Source: Camelus dromedarius (taxonomy: Eukaryota). From it: a stretch of DNA of 64,000 nucleotides. The stretch lies in the NCBI RefSeq assembly GCF_036321535.1, contig NC_087437.1, positions 101,930,001 through 101,994,000 on the forward strand. Direction: 5' to 3'. Positions within the stretch are counted from its first letter, which is position 1; each line of letters begins with the position of its first letter. Position numbers and translations under genes: made by a program. Positions 49,750 to 63,751 of this stretch are shown here, in pieces. The notes below the pieces were generated by a model, which saw only the letters and a list, made by a program, of their open reading frames with translations, searched no databases and was not told the DNA's origin.

Positions 49750-51172
49750 AATTTATCTCGTATTTATGTAAGCAAAGTAAGAATTTTTATTGTATAATCC
49801 ATGAATTTTATTTTTAAAAATGAAGTATTAACAATGTGAGTTTTATAACTTTATAAAAACACTTGCTAATGAGGTAAAAAGAGTTAACACATCAAATCTG
49901 GTATAAATATCAGACCCTGATAACTTTGAGGTTATTAGGCTTTCTTAAATAATGTCTTTGTATGCATTTAATAAATATAAACTATTTTAGTACCTGTAAA
50001 ACTCTGTTAATCGCTCCTGGCTAGACACAGTTATCTTAGAGAATAGAGTAGGAATAGTTACATCAGTTTTATAGTCTTTTACTTTAGGTACCTCCTGTGC
50101 ATTTAATTTTTTATTAGTCTTTTACAAATAATCATTCAGTGAAGCTATTTTGGATTCTTGAAGCCTTCTGGAGGCTTCTGCATGCCAATTAAAATAGGTA
50201 TCCCGTTCTGTTTGTTTGATTTGGAAGCCCTTGCTTTTAAGTGTACTTCTTAAATGAAACTTTTGTCTAATTGGAACATTCCCATAATGGATATTGAAAT
50301 TCTAGGTTGTTTTAGTAAGATTTTGCCGTTTTTATAGATATTTACAGCTTTTATACCATAGTTTTTAAACATAAGCAAGTGTTCCAGAAGGTGGTGCACT
50401 CAGTTCTTTGAAACATGAGGATTCCATTTCTTTAGCTAAGCTTTGGGTTTCTTGGAGTCAAGTGAATACCTAAGAGGAATATAGCACTGGGTTGGGGACT
50501 TTGTGGTGTTTCACATTGTACCTCATTGCATGTACGCTTTCTTGAGTTTGGCAGGAAACTGAAAGTGAAACTAACCTGCTCCTTGACCAACTTATTCCAG
50601 CATGGGAGTCTTAGCATTAGGTGGCAAGAGCTCTAACAGCTTTTAAGTGCTTGATCCCTGCCCTTCAATGTGGCTCTGGCTTCCAAGATTCCCATTAACA
50701 ATAGATGTGTTATTCCTTTCATGAGAAGATTTCTTCTTAGTGGTGGATGTCCTCATGGCATTTCAAGTCCCCTAGTGGCTTATGCTATGGACTTACCTTA
50801 AGGCTTTGTGAGTTCCCTAATGGCTGCCGCTCATTGCATCCTCCCAATATAACTATCCTGGAACTTCTCTGGGATCCTAGAACCCTTCTAGGGAAATAAA
50901 TATACAAATAAATAAATTTGCTTATTTATTTATATTTGTATATTTAAATGTATTGATTGATTGATTGATTGATGGGTTGATTTCAAGTAAAGTTTGTTTC
51001 GATTAGAGAGTTACATGCAAGTAAGCAGAGGTCAGGTCTCAGAGTGACCTACCCACAGCCCTCGGTAATGTGAGAGGAACAGTGAGCCCAAAGGATGAAC
51101 AGATGCCTCACCTGTGCATCTCGTCGTCCCACAAGCTGCTAGTCAGCTTTGGGTCTCATCCTCATCACCGAA
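49750..51172 (-). mobile_element. ERV1 internal (non-coding, MER4-group-like leader) fragment
   Basis: Adjacent to an LTR and a primer-binding site. Motifs GAAGCCTTCTGGAGGCTTCTGCA and CTAATTGGAACATTCCCAT. Confidence 0.6.
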
Positions 51173-51547
51173 AGTGATTAAAAAATGATTAAAGAAGACA
51201 ATTCAGGTGATACGAATACATTTTAACACTATATGACGTGGACAGTCTCCTTTCAGAAAACTGCAAAGTGAGGCAGAAGGCAGGAAGCTTTTATAGGATA
51301 AAGAATAAAGAGCAAGGAAGAGACAAGCTGAAAATATCTGATTGGCTGGGGCCACATAGTCATCCTTGTTTGGGATGAAAAGGCTCAGAGCTGACTTGTT
51401 TGTTTGGGGACTGGCTGGCTGTATATACTGCATTTTTGGGCAAATGGAGCTTTTGCAGGGATGGGGAAGTTGTCTAAGTTTTAGTTTGCTGATGTGGCAT
51501 GCTGGGCAGGAGTGGCTCCATCTGGAGCCTAAGAAGTTATTTCAACA
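51173..51547 (-). mobile_element. ERV1 5' LTR
   Basis: Minus strand starts TGTTGAAATAAC, with CCAATCAG and TATAAAAG in the expected order, followed by a PBS. Confidence 0.75.
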
Positions 51548-52594
51548 CATATTATGTAAGATTGTTTTAGTTATACCAGAGCATGCTTAAAGTTCTGTTA
51601 AGTATGGGGCTTTGTGTCCCCCATACTTGATGAGACATAAATTTCACTTTTGGGAGATCATTTAGGTAAATTACTGTTGACTTTAATATATTTAATACTG
51701 AAATAATCATGTTTGTGTTTATAGCAAATGTACACTAATTTAATAATAATTCACTTATTTATAAATGATTACAGTGACTAAATTTATTAAGTGATACATG
51801 CACACATGCACATATACATTTTTTTAATTAACATTTTACAACAGTTCTGTGAGTTTCATAATGTTATCATTCCCGTCTTCCCGCATTGAAAACCTCTGGC
51901 ACAGAGAAAGTTTCCATATGCCCAAGTCGTGAGAGAACAGTTTAAAGTTTGCGGATGGAATCCTTCAACTTTTAACAAGTCTATGACTTTGCTTTAAAAA
52001 AAGACATTATGCTTCAAATAGTGTTTTCATTATTGAAAAGCCACTTTAGGATATCTTCTCAGGTTCTCCAGGTATGTGTTCTCTTCTTTTTAGTGCTATA
52101 ACGTGCAGTCAAAAACAAGTTCCCTTTAGGTGCAAATTTGTGTCATCCCAGTTAAGAAAGCAACAAGAGCGATACGTTGAGATTATAAGGAATATAAAGT
52201 GGTTGGGAGTGGTGGAATTAGTTTATTCTAGTAGGTAAAAATATTTTTAAGTGAAATTCAAATAAACTGAAACACTGGAATTGAGTACTTCTGTTTCAAA
52301 TGTGTATGCTCTTCTATTAAGTTACATTGAATCAAGGTACTGTAAGCTTTGGGGGTTATTTGTTTCCACAGTATAATTTAGCTACTATAACAGAGAACAC
52401 AGTGGACTCTAGAGAAGTAAAAGTCTAACGAATTATATCAAAGGTTAGAATGATACTTTCTAAAGTTCTTTAAGCTTTTTATGATTTTTAGCATTTCATA
52501 GTACTTCTGTGAGCATAGCATGTAACAGACCCTCATTTAAATGTGACCAGTTTAAAAGAATTAGAAAAAAGACTTACTCTGGTTTCCATTTCAG

Positions 52595-52669
52595 TAATGG
52601 AACCTGGAATAGATACGAGGCTATGTGTCTGCTACATCTGTGCAGGAGGATTATTTGTTATTATTGTCG
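52595..52669 (+). other. Candidate 75-nt exon
   Basis: Acceptor CTTACTCTGGTTTCCATTTCAG| and donor TCG|GTAGGT. Open in two phases; unique sequence. Confidence 0.2.
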
Positions 52670-55600
52670 GTAGGTCGCCTTCAGAGGTGTCTTGATATTG
52701 GAATTTAAAGACAAATCATCCACAAATATAGGAAAGCACATTTTTTCATAGGAAGTTTATAGTTTCATCATTCTCACATTGAATATATATACCGCAAAAC
52801 ATTAAGAATTACTGCTTCGTGGCTTGAAATTTGGTGTATTTCCCATTACTTATATGACAGTCTACGTTAAAAACTATTAGTAATTTAGTTGATTGGTCAG
52901 TTGCACGTTTAGCAAGGCACACCTATCATCTGGTGATTTTTATTGAAACTACAGATAGTGGTGAATCCACATCTCTGCTAGACTAGTGCTGGGGCTTCCA
53001 GACTAAGAAAATCATTTCCAAGAGGGACTTGCGAAGTCCATTCAGGCATGAAGAAATCTAATAGCTGTGTATTTGTAATTTATTCCATGAGAAATGAACA
53101 TATTTGCACATTTGTATCTAATATCTCTCTGAAAAAAAAGTTATTTGTCTATATTGTGCATGTAAGAATCAGCACCTCACAGAAGTAAAAAGCAGTTTCC
53201 AAAGTCTGATAGTGACATCAGAGAGTAACATTTACCCTATACTCCACCGATAAACTGGGGATTCAAACACAATAGCTGGAGGGCAAATCTGATAAGTTAA
53301 GAGAATATTACTTTTATTCCTTTGTGGTAATGTTTGTTACTATTAAAAGGTAAGTTTATACTGAATGCAAGTTTTCTTTATTTTCCTAGTTCTACTGTCT
53401 ATCGCTATGTTTCTTCCTAGAATAATTGATAGTCTCTGGGGGAACTATGCACCTAGTTATCCAGGTCATATTTTTAGAAACATTCTAAGAAAAGAGGAAA
53501 AAAAAAAAAAAGAATGTCTCAGGTGGGAAACATACTCCTTTCTCATTGGAAGTGCCCAGCTCTTTTTATCATATTAGATAAGGAATAATTCTTTGCTATT
53601 TTTAAGAAATAGCTTAGTGCAGTTCTGCTAAGACCTGTATTTATGCAGGGCTTGGATTTCAGACAGCTTTCTTTAGAATCTCACGCTCACAGTCTGGCTG
53701 GCACTGTCTACCTCTGCCATAAACGAGGATTCTCAAGACTCCTGTTTTGTCCCAATCAACCTTCTGAGCAATTGTCAGTGGCCGTAGAAAAGAGCTTGCA
53801 GGAGATACAAACAGCCTTTAATTATGAAACTTCCAGAGATTTTTAAGCTGCTATGTCTGCCTACAAATGGTTTATTTGAATTCATTAAAATTCCAACTGA
53901 AAAGAAAAGGGAATGTAGAAACACAGAGAACCTTCACAACTTAAGACAAAACCATGTGTTGATTTTAAATTAATATAATAAAATAGAATAGAATTAATTC
54001 ATGTGATTTGCCTAAAATTATTAAGCCTTTCTACATGTCTTCACAATATCTGTGGTATAAACTTGCTACTTGTGAAAATATATTTGGTCGTATCTTCTAA
54101 GACAAAATATGACTTTGAAATGTGTAAGTCTCTAAGAAACCAAACACGAGTTACCAGTTTTGTAGCTAACAGGTTTGTTTTATGTATTACTGTTCATATT
54201 GTACTGTTTGTTGATTCTGTTCTCTTAAGCAAACTTTATAAATTCTGTGAGATTTATCTCAAGAAAAATAATTTATTTTGTCAATGTTTAAAAATATTAT
54301 TAGAGTTGCTCTTTTCTTTTCATTTCCTTGTGTAAATAGGTGAGAGATGTGACACAAAACTGTTGTATAATAAAACAGTCATCCTACTCATTCTTGAGAA
54401 AGGCACAACTCTCTGCAGGGTTTCCATTGGCATGTCTTTAAATCTTTAACATTACCCCTTTCAAATGTTGCTAATCAATTTTAGGATGCATAAAAAATTA
54501 TTGGTCCAAATATCAGGTATTGGTAGATTTATATTAAATCAGTAGGAACTTTGAAAATCTAAGTAGCTTGTCCTAGATTGGCAAATACGCCTCTCTTTCA
54601 CCTTCAGCCTTCTGTGGATTATTAGTGGTGGTATTAGTATTATTGCTAAGAATGAGTATTAGATGCTATTCGTGGTAATTTGTATATTTATGTGCTTATA
54701 TTATTCTCTTAAATTGCAGTGCTGTTGATATCAGAATGTAGAGGTAAGAGTGGCATCTCAATTACTGCAGAGTTGTGTCTGAATATGGATAATAAAGTAC
54801 AGTATAGTATAAATAGATTGCTATTCTGCAACGTGTTTAAAACATTAGTTAATAAACATAAATATTTAAATGCAGTTCAGTTCCTTATTATGAGTACTCC
54901 TCTGAAGTAAACAATAGCAAACAGTTACATAGATGGCAAATGACAACAGTAGTTATAATATTACTAATGTTTAGAACATTACAGTTAAAATTCCTATCAC
55001 ATTCATGATGTTATTTACTACATATTGGATAATAAGTTCAGTTGATTGAGAGTTATACTGTGAAAGTAAACAATGCTAGTTTTTCCATAATTGGAATTAA
55101 CATTGTCTTGATATCTCTTTGAAAAGACGAGACAAGAAATTAAAATCATTGTGTACAAGAAAGAGTGGGATAAACGTGAGGAGACCAGTTTCCTCTACCT
55201 TTAGCATCTTAGTTTAGAAAAGTCATACTGTGGTTTTCCTTCACTGTATTTGCTCCGTGTTTGTCTCGCACTGTCTTTGCTCTGCCTATTCTGTGGTGAC
55301 TGGTTTGCTCTTTATTGGTGGACTGGTATAGTAACTTGACTTTGTCTAGCCATTGTAGAAAGCTCTGGGTGACATGATCAGTGGCATAGCTGGGTATTAT
55401 TGATAGTTGAGTGTCCTTCAAAATGTGTCCAGGATGCCTCAGTGAGGATTCCTGAGCCCCACACCACATTTTCTGAATAAGCATTCGTATTGATCTGTTT
55501 TTAACAAGAAAGAAGAAAATTATTATAGATATACATGTCTAATACCAGGCTGCCTGGAACTTACCCTGGTGCAAAGAGAAACTAAGAGCGATGAATCAAG

Positions 55601-56269
55601 ATGATAACTAGACATGAATAAGCTAACAAGGGACCTGTGACTGTGATCTTATTTCTTTGAGAGTCAAGTAAATCTACGTAGATACGGGGCTATCTCACTG
55701 TCGAGGGCGCTTCAGACAAAAGGCTGTGGCAGTTTTATGAACTCTGAGGTCAGGGAAAGCAAGGGAATAAGTCTAGAAGTAGAAAAGTACTGTGTCCCTG
55801 AAAAGTAAGTCTTCAAGAGTTTTCCCTCCTTCCCTTTTCTCTCCCGCAACCCCAGGAGCCCTTGGGAAAGACACCTAAAGAGGACCTCAGATAAAGAGAC
55901 TAGGAATGAAGGTGATTGGGTTAGGAATGCAGATTTGTGAAGTGCATCACTGTAATTAGCCAGGGGGTCTGAGTCCTAGACTGCAACTTCCTTCGAAGAC
56001 TGTTAGGCATTGGCTGTGAATCGAGTCACTAGGCGGAGGGCAGCTTGCCCCAACTGGGGCCTGCCAGGAAAAGACCTTTTGTAATTGCCTGTGGCCAGGC
56101 CTGAAAAATTACATAGTGATTTTTAACGAGGAGCCCATCCTCCTTGAGAGTAGACACAAGCCTACAGGAACAGCAAATGTGTATTGATAGTTCAAGAAAC
56201 AGAGACAGAAATTATAGCTCTTAGCAGTGCCTTGCACCCATCTGGAGGGGAGAGAACCTGGATCTGTCA

Positions 56270-56390
56270 AACACTGTGCACACATTATCTCATTTAATCC
56301 TCGCACAAACTGGTGAGATTGATGTTATCAGATTCACTTTGGTAATAAGGAAGCTAGAACTGAGAGATTAAGGAATCTTACCAATTCTGT
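56270..56390 (-). mobile_element. MIR SINE relic
   Basis: CACATTATCTCATTTAATCCTCGCAC...AATAAGGAAGCTAGAACTGAGAGATTAAG. Confidence 0.7.
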
Positions 56391-59300
56391 AGTACTTGCT
56401 ACTACATAATGAAAAGGGAGAAGCTTTTTTCTATGGAAAAATGTTATTAATTTTCAAAGGATTATAGTGTTACATGATTCCTTCCCATCATTTCTTTTCG
56501 ATATATGTGATTTTTTAATAAAACCAATGTTGAAAATTGTACTGAGTTTTAAATTTTCAGGTGATCACATTGAGCAATATTTGTGTTGTTTTCATTTCCA
56601 CAAATTGTCTAATAAATTATTTTCAAATACAAATGCAGAAATGTTGTATTGTTTAATTTTCTTACTTTTTAAACTTCCAATAGTTTTAAAGTTTTGTTTT
56701 TGAATATATGATTATAATGCAGTTTGAATTAATGACTGTTAGATAGTAGAATCCCAGAAGTTGGATCATTGTCCCAATGTGATTTAACATAGAGTCCATT
56801 TTTCTCCCACTTATTTGTAAGATCTACTATATCATATACCAAATTTTCTGAATCTACTGTGCCTGAATCTACTTATAAGCACTTTGTAATTAGATATAAA
56901 AACAAGGCCTGAATGGCTATATGTAAAATCATTAGTAGCAATTGTTTCTTATAAGCAAAGGATGTACAATTTGAGGGATTCAAGCAAAATGGACATACAT
57001 TTTACCAGTAAAGATGGATTGTGCTGTTAATATTTGAAGAGAGAGAATGGAAACATTGTGAGTTAACACTGGATGGTTGTTTCACAGTTTGAAACATTCT
57101 CTAGGCATTTGTGCCACTTTTTTTTTCAATATAAAAGACTTTTTAATAGAAACTTAGTATTCATTTTTCCTTTGTGTCAAATGGGAAAATTATTTGGCTA
57201 TTTACTAAGAAGGTTTTAGACAATCATAATTGCATTAGTAGATTGGACTGAAGAATGGTTTCTATTAAATACACCCCTGAAAATGACTTCCAACTGCCAG
57301 CAACTGCTTTTGCTAACTTATGATCCGTGCTTCATCTTATTATTAGGAATGACCTTAATAAGTAGGCAGGACTCAGAAACCATCTATATGGTGCTAGTTT
57401 ATGGGCACCAGGAAGGCCAGCTACCCAAAATTTATACCCTGCAGCCTGTTACGGTTTCTGAACTCAATTATTTGAGATTTATTCCTTTATTTCTCAGACC
57501 CTTTTCAGTCTTCTGAAACACTTACAGAATGCAAATAGTTCTCAGATTGTAAACTCTGAAACCATAGCATTTACTTTAAAGAAAAATGATTCATTCAGAG
57601 TTCTTACTTTTCTAATAATGATAATTGAGTGTAAGTGATGTAAGTAGTGATTAAGGCTAGATTCAAACCCAGGATTCCTGATTCTCAGTCTCGACCTGTT
57701 GTTTTACAATAAATCAATTTTACCTAGTAGCCAAAGTTTTATACATTTTTCTGTAAGAATATCTCTTTTACAGGATTCTTTCACTAAAATCCACAAATCA
57801 ACTCTCCTTGAATAGAAATAAAATAATGGAAATAAAAGACAAATTTATCTTACATGTATTTTGCATTCTTCTGCATGCTCTCACACAAGCATCCCTTTGA
57901 CTTCTCAACCATCTTCTATTTTCTTTCAACAAAACCTACAAAACAAGAAAACAATCGTTTATTAAAAAGTATTAAAATAACAGAAAACTGATGAAGTAAT
58001 TATACACTATCATTAATTTGCTAAGAAACAGCAAATAAATTTAGCTCTAAAATGTGGTACATGTTTCAGTTTCTCTTTACTCCTAATTCCCTATTTATTT
58101 AGTAATCTTATATAATAAAAATAAAATATAGATTATATAACAACAGTCTTTACATATGTTTAGCAGTTACTTCAGAATGAATAGAAATTTCTTATATTTT
58201 CAAAAGCCTGTTTTTCTTTTGCTACATCATGCTGGCCTTAAGCTTCATTCAGCCTCTGAGTGTGGTCATCTAATACGGTTCCTGATAACACCTCATCCCA
58301 CTGCCTCATTCTAAAACTATCTCATGTTGTATTGCTTATTAGACATTACCATTGATATTTATTTTCTCCTTTATATGAGTCATCCAATAATATATTTTAC
58401 AATTGAGTTTCCAAGTAATGTTCTTAAGTCTTCCCCATCACCAACTTAAATACTTGTATAATGACTGGTACAGTGAACCTTCAGTTACTATGGCATCTTG
58501 GTGCTTTCAATCCACATTCCTCATGCTTCTCACTCTACAGGTGACAACAAAGTCACATCTTGCATGTCAAATTCATTTGTGGGGAGAATGTGTTGGGACC
58601 TGGTCCGAGATAACTTCTGAGGCAGCAGAGTGGACACTAGAAAGAGAAGAGATGTCACAAAGTTGTGATTTTGCTGTCTCAGGTTGAATCTCATTTCAGC
58701 CTTCACTATTAGTCCTTCTACATTAAGACTCAGTTCTTTACTTGTATCCATTATACTTTGTGTTTATCTCTGATTCAAAATTTATGATATTGTATCACAA
58801 TTCACAGCTAGGGTATCTATTCTATTAAACATTTAGCCTAATAAGTGAAGAGTTTTATTAATTTGTGTATTTTCAGTGCCCAAGAAGGTGTTTAGCATAA
58901 AATGTAGGCCCAATATTTTGAAAGAAGGAATGAAAAAAACATGGAATCATATTAAGTTAATGTTGGTATAGTTTGTGTAGTGAGAAATAATTACTTTAAA
59001 TGATAGAGCTAAAATGCAGCATGCATCTGAGGATCAGCAAATCTTAGTGTGTTCAGTTTGAGAATGTCTAGAAAATGTAAGTATGTTTACAAATTAAAAC
59101 TATGAGTCAAACACACACTAAAAATATGTGTACGTTACATACTTTTTAAGTAGGAATGTTGTTCAAGTGACAGTTTCTGTGCGAAGAATCAAAACCAATA
59201 AAAATGGGTGGCTGAATTAATATGTGAACCTTTGAGATTATTTATGTCAGGAATGGAAGGGAAAATAAGCTTTATAAGAGTACCCTAGTTTGCAGTTTTT

Positions 59301-60761
59301 AGTGAATTCTTCATGCTAAGTGAATTTAACAATACAATTGGATATGTTGTATTATTAATGATCCTAGAAAATAACATTTTGGCTTTAAAAAGTTAACGGT
59401 GTAGAAAGCGCAGTATCAACTACAGACATAATATATAGTGACAGTCTATTTTCCAAAAGTCAGCTTTTTGCTTTGAAATCAAGACTATGAATTTTAAAAT
59501 ATAAATGAATCCAAAATGCATTAAGTATAATTTTTGTTTGAGGGCACAATTCTATACATTTAAATATTAAACACTCTTGATTTTTATCCATCTGTTGTTG
59601 CTTTATTTTTATTTCTTCACTCAGCTTTCTAGTTAGATTGTTGTGAGTATTTTGATAAACAGTGAACTGAGCATAATCTTTCTTAAAGTAAATATGATAC
59701 TACTTCTGCTCCAATAAGAATGCTCAAAACTGAATAGGCATATCTAAATCCTTTAAAGGAACTCATTCAATGTGAAATTGAAGAGATGTTCTGATAACCA
59801 ACAAAACATATCCTCTCAGAAACTAAATTCAATATGCCCAAACTTGAACCTCTCCTCCAAATCTTCATCCCTGTCAATGTCAATAGCATTTATCTGATAA
59901 CATATAGACACTGTTCTAGAAAATTTTTGTACTCCCTCTTTTCTTTTTCTTTGTGCTCTTGCATATCTGAGCCTTAGTTTTCTTCTATGAAGAAATAATA
60001 TACTGGAAATAAAGCATCATATGAAACCAACTAACATCACTTGCGTTTGGTAGATATTGATAAGTTTTAGTTTTTAATATCAATATCACTCTCACCATTG
60101 CCAGCAACAAGTCTACCCAAACCTTCGTACTCAACACATGTCCATTTGCAAAGACCAGGGTATTGTCCAGGTTATTTTAATTTCCTTTCTGGATTTTTGT
60201 TACTGCATATGTGTTAATAAACTCTCAGGGCTATCTTTTTCATTGTAATTGTGCACTACATTTACAAAACAATATATCTCTCATTTTTGTATTCCTTGTG
60301 TTTATATAAGAAACCTAGCAGCAAAATTGAAATTTTAAAACCTCATATTAAACACCATCCATTAATTCACTCCATACATTACCTTTTTTATTCACAAAAT
60401 TATTTTGCCTTATTTTAATTGGAATTTACTTAGAAACTACTCTTAGACTGTTAAACCCTGACATGATTTATATTGAAATTGGAAATGAAAATATTACATC
60501 TATTCTAGAAAGAGGTGTGCCAGTGCTTAGTAAAACTGAAAATTTGAATATCTACATTTTACCCAAACCACTTCTAGGAATACACTCAATGGAAATTTTG
60601 GCTACTCTATACAATGAAATGTATTCTTGGCTATTAATTAGAGAATTGTATGTAGTAGGGAAAAAATAAAATGGATACATTCATACAATTGCTAGTAGAA
60701 GTAGATATTACCATGTTATGATAATAATGCAGCATTGTTCTGAGAAGTGCCTTGGAAGTTT

Positions 60762-61112
60762 CAATGCACTGAATATTTGTATCCTCCCAAAATTAATATA
60801 TTGAAACCCTAACAGTATTGTGATGGTATTTGGAGGTGGGACCTTTGGGAAGTAATTAGGTCATGAAGGTGGAGTTTTCATAAATAGTATTAGTGCCCTT
60901 ATAAGAAGAGGCCAGAGAGCTAGCTCATTCTCTCCACCATGTGAGATATAAGTCAGCTGTCTGCAACCCAGAAGAGGGCTCTCATCAGAACCTGACCATG
61001 CTGGCACTCTAATCTTAGACTTTCAGCCACTAGAGCTGTAAAAAAATAAATTTCTTTATATAAGCTACTCAGAATATAGTTATTTTATTTTAGCAATTGA
61101 AACTGACTAAGT
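60762..61112 (+). mobile_element. MaLR solo LTR (MLT1A-like)
   Basis: TGTGATGGTATTTGGAGGTGGGACCTTTGGGAAGTAATTAGG, AGAACCTGACCATGCTGGCAC and ACTGACTAAG. Confidence 0.9.
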
Positions 61113-61640
61113 GAAGGTTATAAGGAAACATGTATAGAATCATCTACTCTGTAAATCTGACTTTAGGATTATTGGAATGGATAGGGAGAATTCCCACAAT
61201 GGGCTAGAGTAGATTGGGAATTAGCAGAAACTGGGTGATCTTGATGGCAGCATGGAAATTGAAGAGTTCATGACAGTTCATGAGTAAATTTTCTGGGCAC
61301 CAGGGAAAGCAATAGGCATACAGATACATCAAGAGAAGTTAGGGTACCTTGAATCAAATGCAAAAGTAAGATAAAGTACCAATTTTTAGACACTAAAGGA
61401 TTTTTTTCTTCAATACTACAACTTGCCATGACAATGGTGCTACTTATTTTTCTAGTCCTACTGTACATCAGACATTATCATGGGAGAAACCTGTTGATAT
61501 ATGGCAATATATCATATATAGTTGATATCATGCCATAATGAATGAGAACAGAATATATTATATAATAGTATCATATGAAAGTAATTACCAAATTTATAGA
61601 TGATAATGATATCACACATTGCTAACATTGATTGAGAGTC

Positions 61641-62000
61641 GTTGCAGACCAAATATTTGTGTTGCCCCAAATTTGTATGTTGAAATGTAATGACCAGTGT
61701 GATGTTATTAGAAGGTGGGGCTTCTGGGAAGTCATTAGGTTATGAAAACAGAGCTCTTATGAAGATGTAAGTGTCCTTATAAAAAAGACCCCTGAGAGAT
61801 CTCTTGCCCCTTCTGCCATGTGAGGTGAAGGTGAAAAGATGGACGGATGGGAAGCAGGTTCTCACCAGACACCAGATCTGCCCACACATTGTTCTTGGAC
61901 ATCTCAGCCTCCATAACTGTGAGAAATAAGTTTATATAAGTTGTTTATAAGTTACTGAGTTTATTATATTTTGTTGTAGCAACCCAAACTGACTAAGATG
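61641..62000 (+). mobile_element. MaLR solo LTR (MLT1A-like)
   Basis: CCCCAAATTTGTATGTTGAAAT, TCTCACCAGACACCAGATCTGC, CAGCCTCCATAACTGTGAGAAATAA and ACTGACTAAGA. Confidence 0.9.
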
Positions 62001-63751
62001 AGGGTTTACTATGTGTCAAACACTTTTCTGGTTTCATTTATTGAAATCAGTACATTCAACCCTCAAAACAACTGTAAGAAAAATGTATTCTGAAAGTTAC
62101 TATATTACAGATGAGATCATGGAGGTTTAGAGAAATTGAACAATTTTTCTAAGATATAATGTAACTAATTGATAGTGGATTTGACCTGTATTATCAAGTC
62201 TGTTTGCCTTGAGACCACAGGTTTTAAATATAACTCAAATTGAGTTTCTATGTAATTCTACTCTCAGAAGCTACATATATTTACACATATTTACTTATAT
62301 GTATTTTATATACATATGTGTATGTTTTGTGTCACTTAAATTCAAAGTTATGGTAACAATGCTATTGGATTGAGTTTCATTAACAGTGAAGTGGTGGAGG
62401 TTAAACATCAAATTAGAGAAGACAGGAGGGGATATCATCAGAAGAGCTTAATACCGTCAAGATGTCTAAAGAAAAATTGAATGTCAGGACTCTCCTTGCT
62501 TCTAACTTTCTAGTCACATCAGATTTTTTCTATATGTTAATGAGATGTACTTTAATTTCACATGTGGATATTTGAAACAGAAGAGAAAAACTGTTTGATG
62601 TACTTCCTGATTTTTAGATATCTGATTTTACTACATCTTATATATAACTTAAAGATTTTTAAAGCTTCATGACGTTGGTTATTTAGTTATGTTAGTTAGT
62701 TAGTTTTCCTGCTAAATTAACTGTGAGTGAATTATCCCTTCCACCTAAAACGTATTTTCTTATATGTACAGGTCTACTGTGACTCCATTGTTTCTGGGGC
62801 AATGAGCACTTTTGTCTTATGTAAAGCCTACCTGCATATTGTCCTCAGCTTGTTCAGACTTACCTGAAAGTCTCAATCAGTCCTCATCCCTAGTTTGTAA
62901 ATGTCTTCTTTGTTTTTGTTTTTGTTTATTTGCTTCCTATTCTAAGCATGTGAACCCAACAATATAATCTATTTGTCTGTGTTTCATCCCGTTAAACTGC
63001 CTTTTAAGGGCAAGGAGCAAATAAAAACTGTAAATCTCAAACCACTTACTGCAGTGTCAGGCACCTGGGAATGCACGATAAATATGAGTGGATGACAAAT
63101 CTTGGGGAGTTGAGAGGCATAAATAAAGACAAGGAGACTGGAAATCTAGTACCACACAACTCAGGCAACTTGCTTTGCCTTCAGAAACCTTTACAGAGTT
63201 AACGTCAAAACATCACCAAGTTTTGCGGTGATTAGCTCTATCCTGTCTTCTCTCCCTTTTACAGTGCAGGGAGCATAATGCTTAGTATTGATTTTACTCT
63301 GATGATTGCTTAACAAGCATAGTTATGCCTAAGTGACTGATGAGACAAGTGACCTGCCAAAGTGGCAAAGGAAGAAAGAAATGTATCCACCGCAGAGGTA
63401 AAACAATTAGAATGAAATATACTGACCAGGCCTTGCCAGTGTTGACTTGCTGAGTCAAACTTTAAGTATGTCTTTTCTTAATAGGAGGAGGAAGATAAAT
63501 TGCATAGGGATACAGGCATAGCTTTGCAGAGTTTCTGTGTGATTTCTGAATTTGTTTCCACAATAGTTATGCTGACTATTCTTACATAGTGAAATTGAGA
63601 TCATTCACCTTATATGGCTTGATCATTATTAAATGTTATTAAATGTTCTACCTTACTGAAACATTTTTAAAAATTAAGGAAAAGTTCTCTGTGTTAGACA
63701 GAAGAACAGTTATGCTTTTGCCCCAAAGTGATATTTGAACATTTTTTAAAA

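Noticed and set aside
51600..51628. 10-bp stem-loop AAGTATGGGG/CCCCATACTT as a miRNA or structured RNA
   Set aside because: Too short for a pre-miRNA, with no other support.
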